A stretch of 64,000 nucleotides of DNA, taken from positions 36-64,035 of the forward strand of contig JBMNJJ010000009.1 in NCBI GenBank assembly GCA_050951605.1, written 5' to 3'. This stretch comes from Peptococcia bacterium. GTDB lineage: Bacteria; Bacillota; Peptococcia; DRI-13; DTU073. The position numbers and the translations under genes were made by a program. How positions within the stretch are numbered: the first letter of the stretch is position 1; the number at the start of each line of letters is the position of its first letter. The notes under the pieces are model-generated. The model searched no databases. It worked only from the letters and a program-made list of their open reading frames with translations, and was not told where the DNA came from. Of this stretch, positions 19,532 to 29,300 are shown piece by piece.

Positions 19532-20422
19532 ATGAAGAAAAAGAGAGTCATGATTTTGCTTTTAGGAGTAATGTTGGGGTTAGCTCTACCTGTTTTGGCT
19601 ACTACACCTGATGTACGTGTTTATGTGGATGAAGTAGAAGTGGCTTTTCCTGACCAACAGCCTTTGATTAATGCCGATAATCGTACTTTAGTACCACTTA
19701 GATTTGTTTCTCAGGCTTTAGGTGGTAAGGTAGAGTGGTTTAAAGAGACGAAAACAGTAGAGATAAAGCATGCAGGGGAAACAATCTTGCTAACAGTCGG
19801 CGAGAGGTTTGCCCGCAAAGGTCAGGAAAAAATCACTCTCGACACAACAGCAACAATTATGGGGGATCGCACCATGGTACCTTTGCGTTATGTGAGTGAA
19901 TGCTTGGGTGCTCATGTTTACTGGAATGGAACTAAACGAAAAGTTTTTATCACGACCAAATTGCCTCCTGTTAATGAGTTTGTGGGGATTCCTTTTAAAC
20001 CCAGTGATTTGCCTTTTAAAGGGGGAAGCAGACCTTTAGAACGTTCAGACCTACCTTCAGCGAGGATTCAATATGTAAAGCCATCCGAGCTACCAGTAAA
20101 ACTTAAGGATAGTAGAATTATTTACAATTTAACTGTTGATGAAAAATATATCTACATAAAGCAGTATTCTAAATTAAGATTACCGTTGCCTTTGTATATG
20201 GTAGAAGATGGGCAGTTAAATAGAGGAAGGCGTTATACAAGTGATTTACAGGAAAGTGTGGTTTTTACTTTTAAATATCCTGTACAATCCAGATTGGAAC
20301 AAGCCACTGGTGAGAAACCGGTTAATTTAAGTGAAATCAGTGGGTTTACTTTACATACAATTACTGACGAAGGATTCAGAATGTTGGTTATTGAGAATCC
20401 TCTTTACCTGGGAGGAGAATAG
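19532..20422 (+). CDS. Secreted stalk-domain protein, copy 2
   Basis: Paralog of 15428-16318; near-identical first ~183 aa, divergent C-terminal domain. Confidence 0.88.
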   Translation: MKKKRVMILLLGVMLGLALPVLATTPDVRVYVDEVEVAFPDQQPLINADNRTLVPLRFVSQALGGKVEWFKETKTVEIKHAGETILLTVGERFARKGQEKITLDTTATIMGDRTMVPLRYVSECLGAHVYWNGTKRKVFITTKLPPVNEFVGIPFKPSDLPFKGGSRPLERSDLPSARIQYVKPSELPVKLKDSRIIYNLTVDEKYIYIKQYSKLRLPLPLYMVEDGQLNRGRRYTSDLQESVVFTFKYPVQSRLEQATGEKPVNLSEISGFTLHTITDEGFRMLVIENPLYLGGE

Positions 20423-22110
20423 TGGTGAAACGGGTTTTCTGGTTGGGAGTATTATTCTTTTTATTTTTTCCTTTATCTGTCTGGGCGCAAGAGGTGCCCG
20501 AAGAAGTTTTTTTAGGTGAAAGAATTGATGTGGGCTGTTTTAATATTTGGTTACATGCTGATGGTCGGACGTGGCAGAACACAGATGGTCAGCCGGGTCC
20601 GGAAGAACCTTATGTCGGGACAGATTTAGATAATGACCCGCAAAAAGAAAAGTATTTACGCTATGTTACTTTTCGAGCTGAGCCTAATCAAGAATGGGAA
20701 AAGAGTTATGAGAATATTCGGGTGGAAGTAAGTGTCGATTGGTTTAAGACATTTAAGAAAGAAGATTATGAGGCTATTGGTGGTGCCGGGAAAGCGAGTA
20801 AAGATGGAGCGGGGTATATATATCTTGAAGAATATCAAGAGTTTGTATCTTTAGTTTGGGAAAGTAGACCACATAGTTATCAATTAGCTCCTGAAATTTC
20901 GCCCTTAACTGTTAAATTTTATTTACATGATAAAAGGCAAGCTGAAGATGTCAAACAGGAGGACCAGCTAGAGTTGGTGGAAGGTTGGCGGTGGTATTTG
21001 CCGGTCCATCTCAAATTTTATGGTGTGCCTAAGCCTTTAGTTATAGATTTAGAAGCGGTAGAGATAAGACAAACTAGCCCTGTGCAGACGAACACCGAGC
21101 AGATAGCTACGGCTGTCTTGCGCAATAATGGTGATTGTTCAGAACAATTTACAGCTCAATATTTTGCCGATCGTAAAAAAATAGGTAGTGAAGTCTTAAC
21201 TTTAGAAGCGGGAGAAAGTTGTACACGAAACTTTAATTGGCAAGCTCCGGCACAGGCGGGAAAATGCACCTTAAAGATAGAGGTGGTGCCGGTAGAGGGA
21301 GAAGTTAATATAAGCAATAATGTTAAAACGGTTTCGATTATGGTGGAGGAGCCTAATTTCATTGCTCCGCAATGTGACTTTATGAATATTGATGAAAATG
21401 AATGGTCGGAAACATATCATTGGCAAGAGAAACGTAACTGTAGCTATACTGATGATAATGGAGTGTATCATCCTGCAACTTGTACTAGCTCCAAAGAAAA
21501 AACAGTCACTTATCAAGAAAAGCTCACGGTAGATTTTAGTATTAATACGAAACAGGGGGACCCTAATGGAGGTAGGGAAAGTCGCGGTTATTGGGAAATC
21601 TATCCTGATACGCAAAACCGAGAACCGAAATATAATGCACAGCGGGGCATTAATATTTATGGGCAGGACCCCAATAAAGTAACGCGGTCGGGTTATGGTT
21701 ATGACTTAACAGTCAAGACAACATATTGGACTGATTGGGAAACGAAGGTACCTAGTAAAGCTAAGGCTAAAGGAGGGGGGTTTTCCGGACCACAACTCGT
21801 TGTGGTGCAATTTCAGGATCGTAATGAGATTGAAAAATTGGTTCCTGTAAAAACAGAAACCAAAGGAAAGAGTGTGCTTACTACTTGGAAATTGCCGAAA
21901 ACAAGTCATACTTTTCCTGATGGGGAAACAATTTGGGAGACTAAACATTATACTGATGTTAGTCTCCCTGATGGAAGATATTTAGTAAGGGCTATTGTTT
22001 CGCCGTGTGGGCAAGGAATAGGGGAAATTTGTCAAGATGAGCATGTGTTTATTTACGGTAGTGTGTATGATGATATTTATACCCGCCCGGCGAAAGAAAG
22101 TGAGTGGTGA
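20422..22110 (+). CDS. Secreted CARDB-domain protein, copy 2
   Basis: Paralog of 16318-18003. Confidence 0.75.
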   Translation: MVKRVFWLGVLFFLFFPLSVWAQEVPEEVFLGERIDVGCFNIWLHADGRTWQNTDGQPGPEEPYVGTDLDNDPQKEKYLRYVTFRAEPNQEWEKSYENIRVEVSVDWFKTFKKEDYEAIGGAGKASKDGAGYIYLEEYQEFVSLVWESRPHSYQLAPEISPLTVKFYLHDKRQAEDVKQEDQLELVEGWRWYLPVHLKFYGVPKPLVIDLEAVEIRQTSPVQTNTEQIATAVLRNNGDCSEQFTAQYFADRKKIGSEVLTLEAGESCTRNFNWQAPAQAGKCTLKIEVVPVEGEVNISNNVKTVSIMVEEPNFIAPQCDFMNIDENEWSETYHWQEKRNCSYTDDNGVYHPATCTSSKEKTVTYQEKLTVDFSINTKQGDPNGGRESRGYWEIYPDTQNREPKYNAQRGINIYGQDPNKVTRSGYGYDLTVKTTYWTDWETKVPSKAKAKGGGFSGPQLVVVQFQDRNEIEKLVPVKTETKGKSVLTTWKLPKTSHTFPDGETIWETKHYTDVSLPDGRYLVRAIVSPCGQGIGEICQDEHVFIYGSVYDDIYTRPAKESEW

Positions 22111-22124
22111 ACTTTTACTGCTTA

Positions 22125-22754
22125 GTGAACCTCTCCCACTTATAGAAGATGGGGGCTTCAAAGATATCACCATCCTAAATCCGAACGGTCTTCCGGTTAG
22201 GAAATCCTTGTCTACTAAGGACATCGATTTTTCTTTCGTCAAAATATTCTTGGCACCATGTATATCCCGATGTTCACTATAGCCACAGTAACACCTATAG
22301 ACTCTGCCGGATACTTTCTTTTTCCGGCCGCAAACAGGGCATGTTTGCGATGTATAGGCTTCATTTACTTTTCTAATGGTAATATTTTCGGCACCAAGTT
22401 TGTATTTCAAGATATTTGTACAGTGTTTTAACTTTTACAATCAAAGGCTTTTGACGTTTGCCTTGCCAGATACCCATACTTAGTTCTATTCTGCCATGAG
22501 GATAGATTTTAAAACCATTCTTTTTCCATCTGGTGTTAAAATTCTTTTTTTGCCGCCTGGGGTAACGTATAGCGGTATATCCATTTACCATGTTCTTTGC
22601 GGTAGTTTTTAGCTAAAGCCAATGTATCATTCCATATTTGTCCGGAGAGACGGTTACACACGAAAAGAAGTTCTCTTGTTTCCTTTACCACCTACCTCTT
22701 GCTAAAGCAAGCAAGGAAGGAAGGGTTGAGGTGGTGGTCTTCTACTGAGCATTG
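22125..22754 (-). mobile_element. tnpB: Internally deleted IS200/IS605 element with tnpB fragments
   Basis: VNEAYTSQTCPVCG..CYCG..HRDIHGAKNI (RuvC-III/zinc finger) plus an upstream YPRRQK..TRW fragment; both ends intact. Confidence 0.88.
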
Positions 22755-22907
22755 ATAAAATAGTTTTTATGATATAATTAAATGGCAAAGATACCATTCT
22801 TGTGGAGTAGATATTCTATGCTAAGGGGACATGATTTTTTAGAATAAGTGCCGAGTCTAGCAGGTTTTTGCTAGACTTTAGCGAAAAATATACTTTGGTG
22901 ATGTTGT

Positions 22908-24011
22908 TTGAAGACGATGACTGCTTTAATTAATGAATATTTAAATTCCCAAACAAAAAAAACAGTTGTTACCGGAGCAATAGAAACCTATCTGCAAGAG
23001 GTGTTAGGGCAGAGAGGATATTGGCAAAAAGAGGGTGGATATCCTTCTTTTGCTGAAAAGATGGAAACTCTTATTCAGCTGGGGGTGATTAGCCCTGTAA
23101 AAGCTTCTGGTTTAAATGGAAGGCAACCGCCTCTTTATGAAAAGTATAGATTGGTGAAGAAAAAGGATACTCTTGATCAAGCTACAAGACAAAAGTTATT
23201 AACTCAGTATCATCCGCAGATAAATATGACTCATTATTTAACACATGGGCAGGACTATCAAGTAGATAAACCATATCTTCAGAAGTTGGATAGTTTTTTA
23301 AAGCAATATCAGGATTTTGCTTTTTGGCCGCTGATTACAGCTAATGAACGTTCTTTTCAGATTTTTCATAATGAAAAATGGTTGTTGTCTAAGCATGGAC
23401 ATCTTTTTTGTCAGCGCACTGGGTTGTCGTTAGCTGCTTTGCGTTGCTATCAGACCTCCGAGCCCTTTTTTTATTATCCCGTTAGCATACCTAGGGGAAC
23501 GGAGGAAATTAAGGTACTTATTGTTGAGAATAAAGACACCTTTTTTTCTTTAAAGGGATTGTTTCAACAGGGTATCTATACTTGGGCTGATTATGTTTTT
23601 TCCCTGTTGATTTATGGTGAGGGGCGGAAGATCCAAAAGAGTTTTCGCTTTTACGAAGAATTGAGGGGATATCAAAATTATCAAGCTGCTTTTTATTATT
23701 TTGGAGACTTAGACCCTGAGGGGATCCGTATTTGGTATGACCTACAAAAAGAGTATGGGCTTGCCATCAAGCCTTTTACTTTATTTTATCAGGTTTTGTT
23801 TGAGAAGTATGGTCAAAATGCTCCTTCTCTGTCTGCAGGTAAAAAAGCGGGACAACGTTATTCTAAAAAAGCGATCAGGGCCTTTTTAACCTATTTTGAA
23901 CAGAATCTGGCGACAGGGATTCGGCAAATGTTGGTAGAGAAAAAATACCTTCCTCAGGAAGGTCTGCATTATGTTTTGTTAAAGGAATTAGCTGAAAAAC
24001 AGGAAAGATAA
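22908..24011 (+). CDS. jetD: Wadjet JetD Toprim nuclease (DUF2220-like)
   Basis: NERSFQIF..EK, T.EPF, IVENKDTF, YGEG, YFGDLDPEG; first gene of a four-gene SMC operon. Confidence 0.88.
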   Translation: MKTMTALINEYLNSQTKKTVVTGAIETYLQEVLGQRGYWQKEGGYPSFAEKMETLIQLGVISPVKASGLNGRQPPLYEKYRLVKKKDTLDQATRQKLLTQYHPQINMTHYLTHGQDYQVDKPYLQKLDSFLKQYQDFAFWPLITANERSFQIFHNEKWLLSKHGHLFCQRTGLSLAALRCYQTSEPFFYYPVSIPRGTEEIKVLIVENKDTFFSLKGLFQQGIYTWADYVFSLLIYGEGRKIQKSFRFYEELRGYQNYQAAFYYFGDLDPEGIRIWYDLQKEYGLAIKPFTLFYQVLFEKYGQNAPSLSAGKKAGQRYSKKAIRAFLTYFEQNLATGIRQMLVEKKYLPQEGLHYVLLKELAEKQER

Positions 24012-24025
24012 GGTGAACGCGAAAA

Positions 24026-25585
24026 ATGCAGATACAATGGCTAGACGATATATTAAATGGGTTTTCTGAGCGGATGGACAATATTGCCGTTTTTATGCCT
24101 ATTTTTGAGTTGAACCAGAAAACAAAATATCCTTATCACTTGCCTGCTCTTGCGATTGCGGTGATGTTGTTTATTCTTGAAGATATGTTGCGAGCGGAAA
24201 AGAACTGTACTTATGAATCGATCGCCTATTTTCTGCAAAAGATTATTTCCAGACAGTATCATGAAGAATTAAGCTATGAACAAGCCTTGGAATTATCCGA
24301 ATTTATAGTGCGGAAGGGTTTAATGAAACAGGGCCGTTTTCATGTTTTTACGTATCCTGATTTGGAAACGGGAAGAGAGAAGACTCACAAATTTAATCTC
24401 GTGGAGTTAGAGGACTACGAGATTAAAGAGCGTTCCGTCAGGTTGAAATTATCAACTTTCGGTGTGGAAATGTTGTTTAAAACGAAGGAAATGTATAATG
24501 AACTACAGGTTTCCATTACGCAATTATATTTAAGACAACAGATTCAGAAGGGTGTTTTTGATGGTGCTTTGCGGTCAGTGGAAGAACTGGCCTTAGCTGT
24601 TAAAAATGAAAAGCAGAAAATCCGTCAACTGCAAGAAAATATTATTCGTGATGTTCTTCAGGTAGCCAGAGAACAAGAATTGGAAAGACAGATGGAGAGG
24701 ATCAATGAGCAATTAACCAGAGAAAAGACTGTTTTTAAAGAACTGCAAGAATTGATTGATTATACGTTGGAGGAATATTATTCCGGGAAACTTTCGGCAC
24801 AGGAAGAAGAGGCGATCGAAAAAATTGCTAAAGTCCGTCAGAGGCTGATGGAGGTAATTTGTTTGCACGAATCTTTATTTACAGATAAAATTCGTGTACA
24901 AAACTTGATGAATCATTCTATTGAAACAATGATTTTGACAGCTTTTAATACTAAAGTAAATTTCGAAACGGAATTTCTTTTTCCGGTAGTGCAAAACAAT
25001 GTTTCTCTTGATGTATTAAAGAAAATTTTAGACCCTCTGTTTTCGGTAAAATGCCGTCCTCTTTTTCATCCCGGCAGGGTTTTTGAACCACAGTATTTAT
25101 ATAATAGGGGAGAGGACTTGGCCGAAGAGCAATGGTTGGAACTCGAGGAGGAGCAAATTAGGCGGGAAGAAGAAAAGGAACGGGAAAGGCAAGCAGAACG
25201 AGAAAAAAGAATGGAAAAGTATCTTTTAATGCTGCTGGAACCTTTAGTTATACAGGAAGAAACGACGGTTGGTGCCGTACTGGAATGTTTAAAAGAAAAA
25301 GACCCTGAGGAATATAATGCTTTAGTAAATCAACTGGACTTTTATCCTTTGATTATTCAACTGCATCAGTTGGGACAGATACCTTTATTGGCTACGTGGG
25401 AAACAGAAACTTTAGTTTTAGATGATTTGCCGCGTACTTTGGTTAAAATTGCGGCTGAGCATGAGGAGATACATCAACTAAAGTGTTTTGAACTGGTGGC
25501 GTTGGAGGAAATTATTTCCTTACCTAATGGTTATGTTATGTCGGACTTTAAAATAAGAAGAGGTGACCCCGATGGAACTGTATGA
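24026..25585 (+). CDS. jetA: Wadjet type III JetA (kleisin-like)
   Basis: LF.TKE.......SI.QL.L.QQI.KG.FD.A motif; position in the D-A-B-C operon. Confidence 0.8.
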   Translation: MQIQWLDDILNGFSERMDNIAVFMPIFELNQKTKYPYHLPALAIAVMLFILEDMLRAEKNCTYESIAYFLQKIISRQYHEELSYEQALELSEFIVRKGLMKQGRFHVFTYPDLETGREKTHKFNLVELEDYEIKERSVRLKLSTFGVEMLFKTKEMYNELQVSITQLYLRQQIQKGVFDGALRSVEELALAVKNEKQKIRQLQENIIRDVLQVAREQELERQMERINEQLTREKTVFKELQELIDYTLEEYYSGKLSAQEEEAIEKIAKVRQRLMEVICLHESLFTDKIRVQNLMNHSIETMILTAFNTKVNFETEFLFPVVQNNVSLDVLKKILDPLFSVKCRPLFHPGRVFEPQYLYNRGEDLAEEQWLELEEEQIRREEEKERERQAEREKRMEKYLLMLLEPLVIQEETTVGAVLECLKEKDPEEYNALVNQLDFYPLIIQLHQLGQIPLLATWETETLVLDDLPRTLVKIAAEHEEIHQLKCFELVALEEIISLPNGYVMSDFKIRRGDPDGTV

Positions 25586-26315
25586 AGAAGATGTACGCTG
25601 GGCTTTTCGTATCTTTATGCGTCTTTTAGAAAAGGGTGTTATTGAGGAAAATGAGCGGGAGTATCAGCATGAGTATTTACGTAATGAAGTTAGATATATT
25701 TTGGAAGAAGTAATAGAACGAGAGGCTGATGTCAAGATTTTTGCAGCGGGAGGGGTTATTTTTCTTACTCCGGGGGTAGCTAACCGTTTTTTTGGCTATA
25801 CCAATGCTGAATTAAGGGAGAAAATGGGGCTGCGCAACAACAGTGAACTTTATTTAGCTTACTTTATCATCCTTAACCTACTCGCTAAGTTTTATAATAG
25901 TGATGACCAGTCTTTAGCTTCTCGTCAGTTTGTTCCTTTAGAAGAGTTGGAAGAAACCATAACTCAGCATGTGCAGACGATTATGGAAGCTGAAGAGGAG
26001 GAAGTACAGATTCAGGAAGAAAACTTTGACCTCAATTTACGTAGTGTAGCTGAGGTATGGTTGGACTTGCCCCCTTTTGATGACCAGGTGATTAATCTAA
26101 ATAGAGCGCGTAATAATAGAATCAGTCTTTTGTTAAGGGTGATGAGGTTTCTGGAGGAGGAAGGTTTGGCTCAAGTCTTAGATGCTAGAGAGGTCAGGCT
26201 CTTACCGAAAATGGAATATTTAGTGCTCAAATATTATTTTAATAGTCAGCGCAAAGATTATTTGCTACAGTTATTAGCTCGGGATTTACCTCTGACGCCA
26301 GAAGGAAAAGATTAA
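25572..26315 (+). CDS. jetB: Wadjet type III JetB (DUF6063-like kite subunit)
   Basis: N..FGYTN.EL...M.L..N.ELYL.YF....L...FY. Confidence 0.8.
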   Translation: MELYEEDVRWAFRIFMRLLEKGVIEENEREYQHEYLRNEVRYILEEVIEREADVKIFAAGGVIFLTPGVANRFFGYTNAELREKMGLRNNSELYLAYFIILNLLAKFYNSDDQSLASRQFVPLEELEETITQHVQTIMEAEEEEVQIQEENFDLNLRSVAEVWLDLPPFDDQVINLNRARNNRISLLLRVMRFLEEEGLAQVLDAREVRLLPKMEYLVLKYYFNSQRKDYLLQLLARDLPLTPEGKD

Positions 26316-26332
26316 AGTGAGGTGCCAAAATT

Positions 26333-29300
26333 ATGCCACGTCTTAATCGGATTCGAGTAACTAATATTCAGTATGACCACGGTAAAAAACAATTGCCGGA
26401 CCTTTTATTTGATGTCAAAAGTCTCGATACTTTATTTATTCTGGCCAATGGAGGCGGAAAGTCTTTGTTGGTTCAGTTGATTTTGCAAGTAATTCTTCCT
26501 AATAGCAGAATGGGTAAGCGAAAGGTCGAAGACTTATTGCAAGCAGGGTCTTATACCGGGCATATTGCTGTGGAATGGCTCTTGGATAGTTCCGGGGAAC
26601 GCAGGCAGTTTTTATGTACCGGTTTTTGTTTTAGTGGGGGTCAAAACACTGAACGCCCGCTTCGTTATTATAATTACCTTTTTGACTATGATGACCAGTC
26701 ACAATTGACGATTGAAGAGTTACCTTTGATTTATACCGAAGAAGGTTACAAACGTCCTATCCAGTATCAAAAGCTAAAGGATTGGCTTCGTGAAAACGGG
26801 ATTCAACCTCTTGATAGACCGGAAACATATCAGGAAAGATTGAAAATATATCAGATCTTACCGGAAGAATGGAAAAATATTCGCAAGACTAATGGTGATG
26901 AAGGTGGAGTGGATAAATTTTTTGAAAAAAGTAAGACCACTAGACAATTAATGGATAATCTATTAATTCCTTCTGTGGAAGAAATGATTTTTCAGGACGA
27001 GCAGAAAAAGCAAGAGCTGTTTCATGCTTTTACTCAGTATCGGGAAATGCTTTTGGAAATTCCGGTGATCAAACAGAATTTACAAGACTTTGCTTTGATT
27101 CGTGATGCTGCGGAAGGAGTAGTGGAAGAAGCCGAAGTTTTAAACCAACGGCAAAAGACCTTTACGGCACAGACTAAGGAAATTGTCCGCTTGGCCCGGT
27201 CTTTTTATGACTTTAGTACTGTGGCTCAAAAAGCTGTAGAACAATTGGGACAAGAAAAAGAAGCGGTTGTCATACAGTATAAAGACCTTGAGTGGCAGGA
27301 GCGGAGCTATCAATGGTTTTTGCGGAAATTGGAGTTAAGTAAAGCTAAACTTGCGGAGAATTGCGTTCAAGAAGAATATCAGCAGGCTGAGGGTTTATGG
27401 CAAAAAGCAGAAGATAATGAGAATCGTCTGCAGGCCCTTTATTATTTTAATGAAGTGCAAAAAGCGGTCCAGGAAGGATTGAAGTTTCGCCGTCAATTGG
27501 AATTAATGGAACGAGCGGAACCGGAATTACAGGTATTGCTGGTCCAAAAGAAGCAAGTGCTTAAGTCTGCTTGGCAAGAAAGAAAAACAGCAATAACAAA
27601 ACAGCTGAATAGTGAGGAAGAGGCTTTAGTGAAGCTGCAAGAAGAAAAAGAAGTTTTAACCGGGGAAAAGAAAGAAGCAAAGTTAAAACAGCGAGAATTA
27701 ACTAAGCAGATTGCTGTTGTCGAGAACTGGTTGGCTGAATATAAGAAAAAAAGACAGGACTTGCTGAACGCCGTAGAAACGGCAGAGGTTTTAGACCCTG
27801 TTGCTAGTTTACAAAAACGCCGTGCTACTTTTCAGCACTATGAACAAAGAGAAGCTGAAACCATTGAACGTCAAAGACAATTAGCTTCTCAACGGGAAGA
27901 ATTAGAACAGACAATTTTTAATTTAGGTAAAGAGAAATATCAACTCGAAATAGAGGTCAAAAGTTTAGAGGAAAAGTTAGCAAGGCAGCAAACAGAAGAA
28001 GACCATCTGCGAGGAACGCTTAGTGCACAAGGAATTTATCTAAAGTCTTTATCGGCAGAAAAAGAAGTGGCACTATTGAGGGTTAAAGATTTACTAAGGG
28101 AGGTACAGGAGAAAAAACTAGGTTTACAGGCAGAACTGGCTAATCTCCAGGAAAAATGGGCTTTGTTGGCAGGGCGAGACTATTATGTGCCTCACCACGA
28201 CTTGTTGAGGATAAAAAACAGATTAGAAAGGGCTGGAGTTTATACGGTTTTAGGTAGTGAATGGTTAGCGGAACAGTCTTTAGCAGAGCCGGAAAAAGAA
28301 GCGGTTTTGCAAAAACAACCTTTTTTGCCTTTTGCGATTTTGCTGGAGGCTAATCAGGTTAATACAGTTAAACATATTGTTAGACAGGGGAAAGAGTGGA
28401 CTTGTGATGTGCCCCTGCTGTTTTTGGTGAAAAGTGCCGCTACTTTACAGGGGGAAGAAAGAGGAGAGAATTTCTTTCCTTTGTGGCAGGAGGAGTTGTA
28501 TCTTTTCCGTCCTGATACCTTCTCGGTATATACATCGACGGAGTCCTTTTTAGATTTAAAGAATCGGATGCAAGAAAAAATCAAAGCTAAACAGCAAGAG
28601 GTAGCGGAAGAAGTTGGGCAGGAAAGGCTTTTGTTTAGCTTACAGGAAAAATTGGCTAATTTTTATCGTCAGTATCCGGCAGAGTTGGTGCAAGAGTGGG
28701 AAGAGGAGAAGGAACAATTGCAAGCTAATGTTCTCTCTCTTGTTCAGGAAATTGAAGCGGAGGGGATACGTAAAAAGCAACTCCAAGAGGAAGGGCTGCA
28801 ATTAGAAAAACTTCTTGCGGAAATAGTTTTGGTCAAGGGGAAATTAAAAGAAATTATAGGTAAGCTGGAGGCATTTAATTCTTTACATCTTTTATATCCA
28901 AAGCAAGAGACTGAGCAAAAGGAATTAGCTGAAAAATTACAGCAGGTAGAATTAGGATTAGGGGAAATAGAGGAAAGACTAATAGCAATATCTGGGGAAG
29001 AGGTAGAAAAAAGGAATAGAATTAAGGACTTAGGTAAACAAAGAGAAGAACACGAGGAGGACTTTAGCAAGTATCGGTTAATCGGAATCGAATCAGAAGG
29101 TGAGAGGTTAGTTGACTATGACTATGCCCGTATTGAAGTAGAAGGGATTCTTGCTCAATTAAATGAAAAACAGAGTGAACGAGCTAATATTCAGGACCTT
29201 TTAGAAAAAACAATTAAGCAGCGCGAGGATGCTTTGTTTGAGGTGGAGAGAACCGGCATTGAAAAAGAGTGGTTAAAACAAAATCAGCGTCCGGTCAATA

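Larger units (their letters stand above)
15019..22762 (+). repeat. Tandem duplication: copy 1 ~15019-18254, copy 2 ~19234-22762
   Basis: fetB 3' end, promoter, stalk gene, CARDB gene and IS ends are present twice, with long identical stretches. Confidence 0.97.

Noticed and set aside
15428-22110. Diversity-generating retroelement TR/VR pair explaining the variable patches
   Set aside because: Differences are not adenine-specific (e.g. T->G, CC->TT, a 3-bp indel), both copies are full genes, and there is no reverse transcriptase in the window
22125-22754. Active TnpB/Cas12f-like nuclease
   Set aside because: Only ~400 bp of coding fragments in two frames; most of RuvC is deleted
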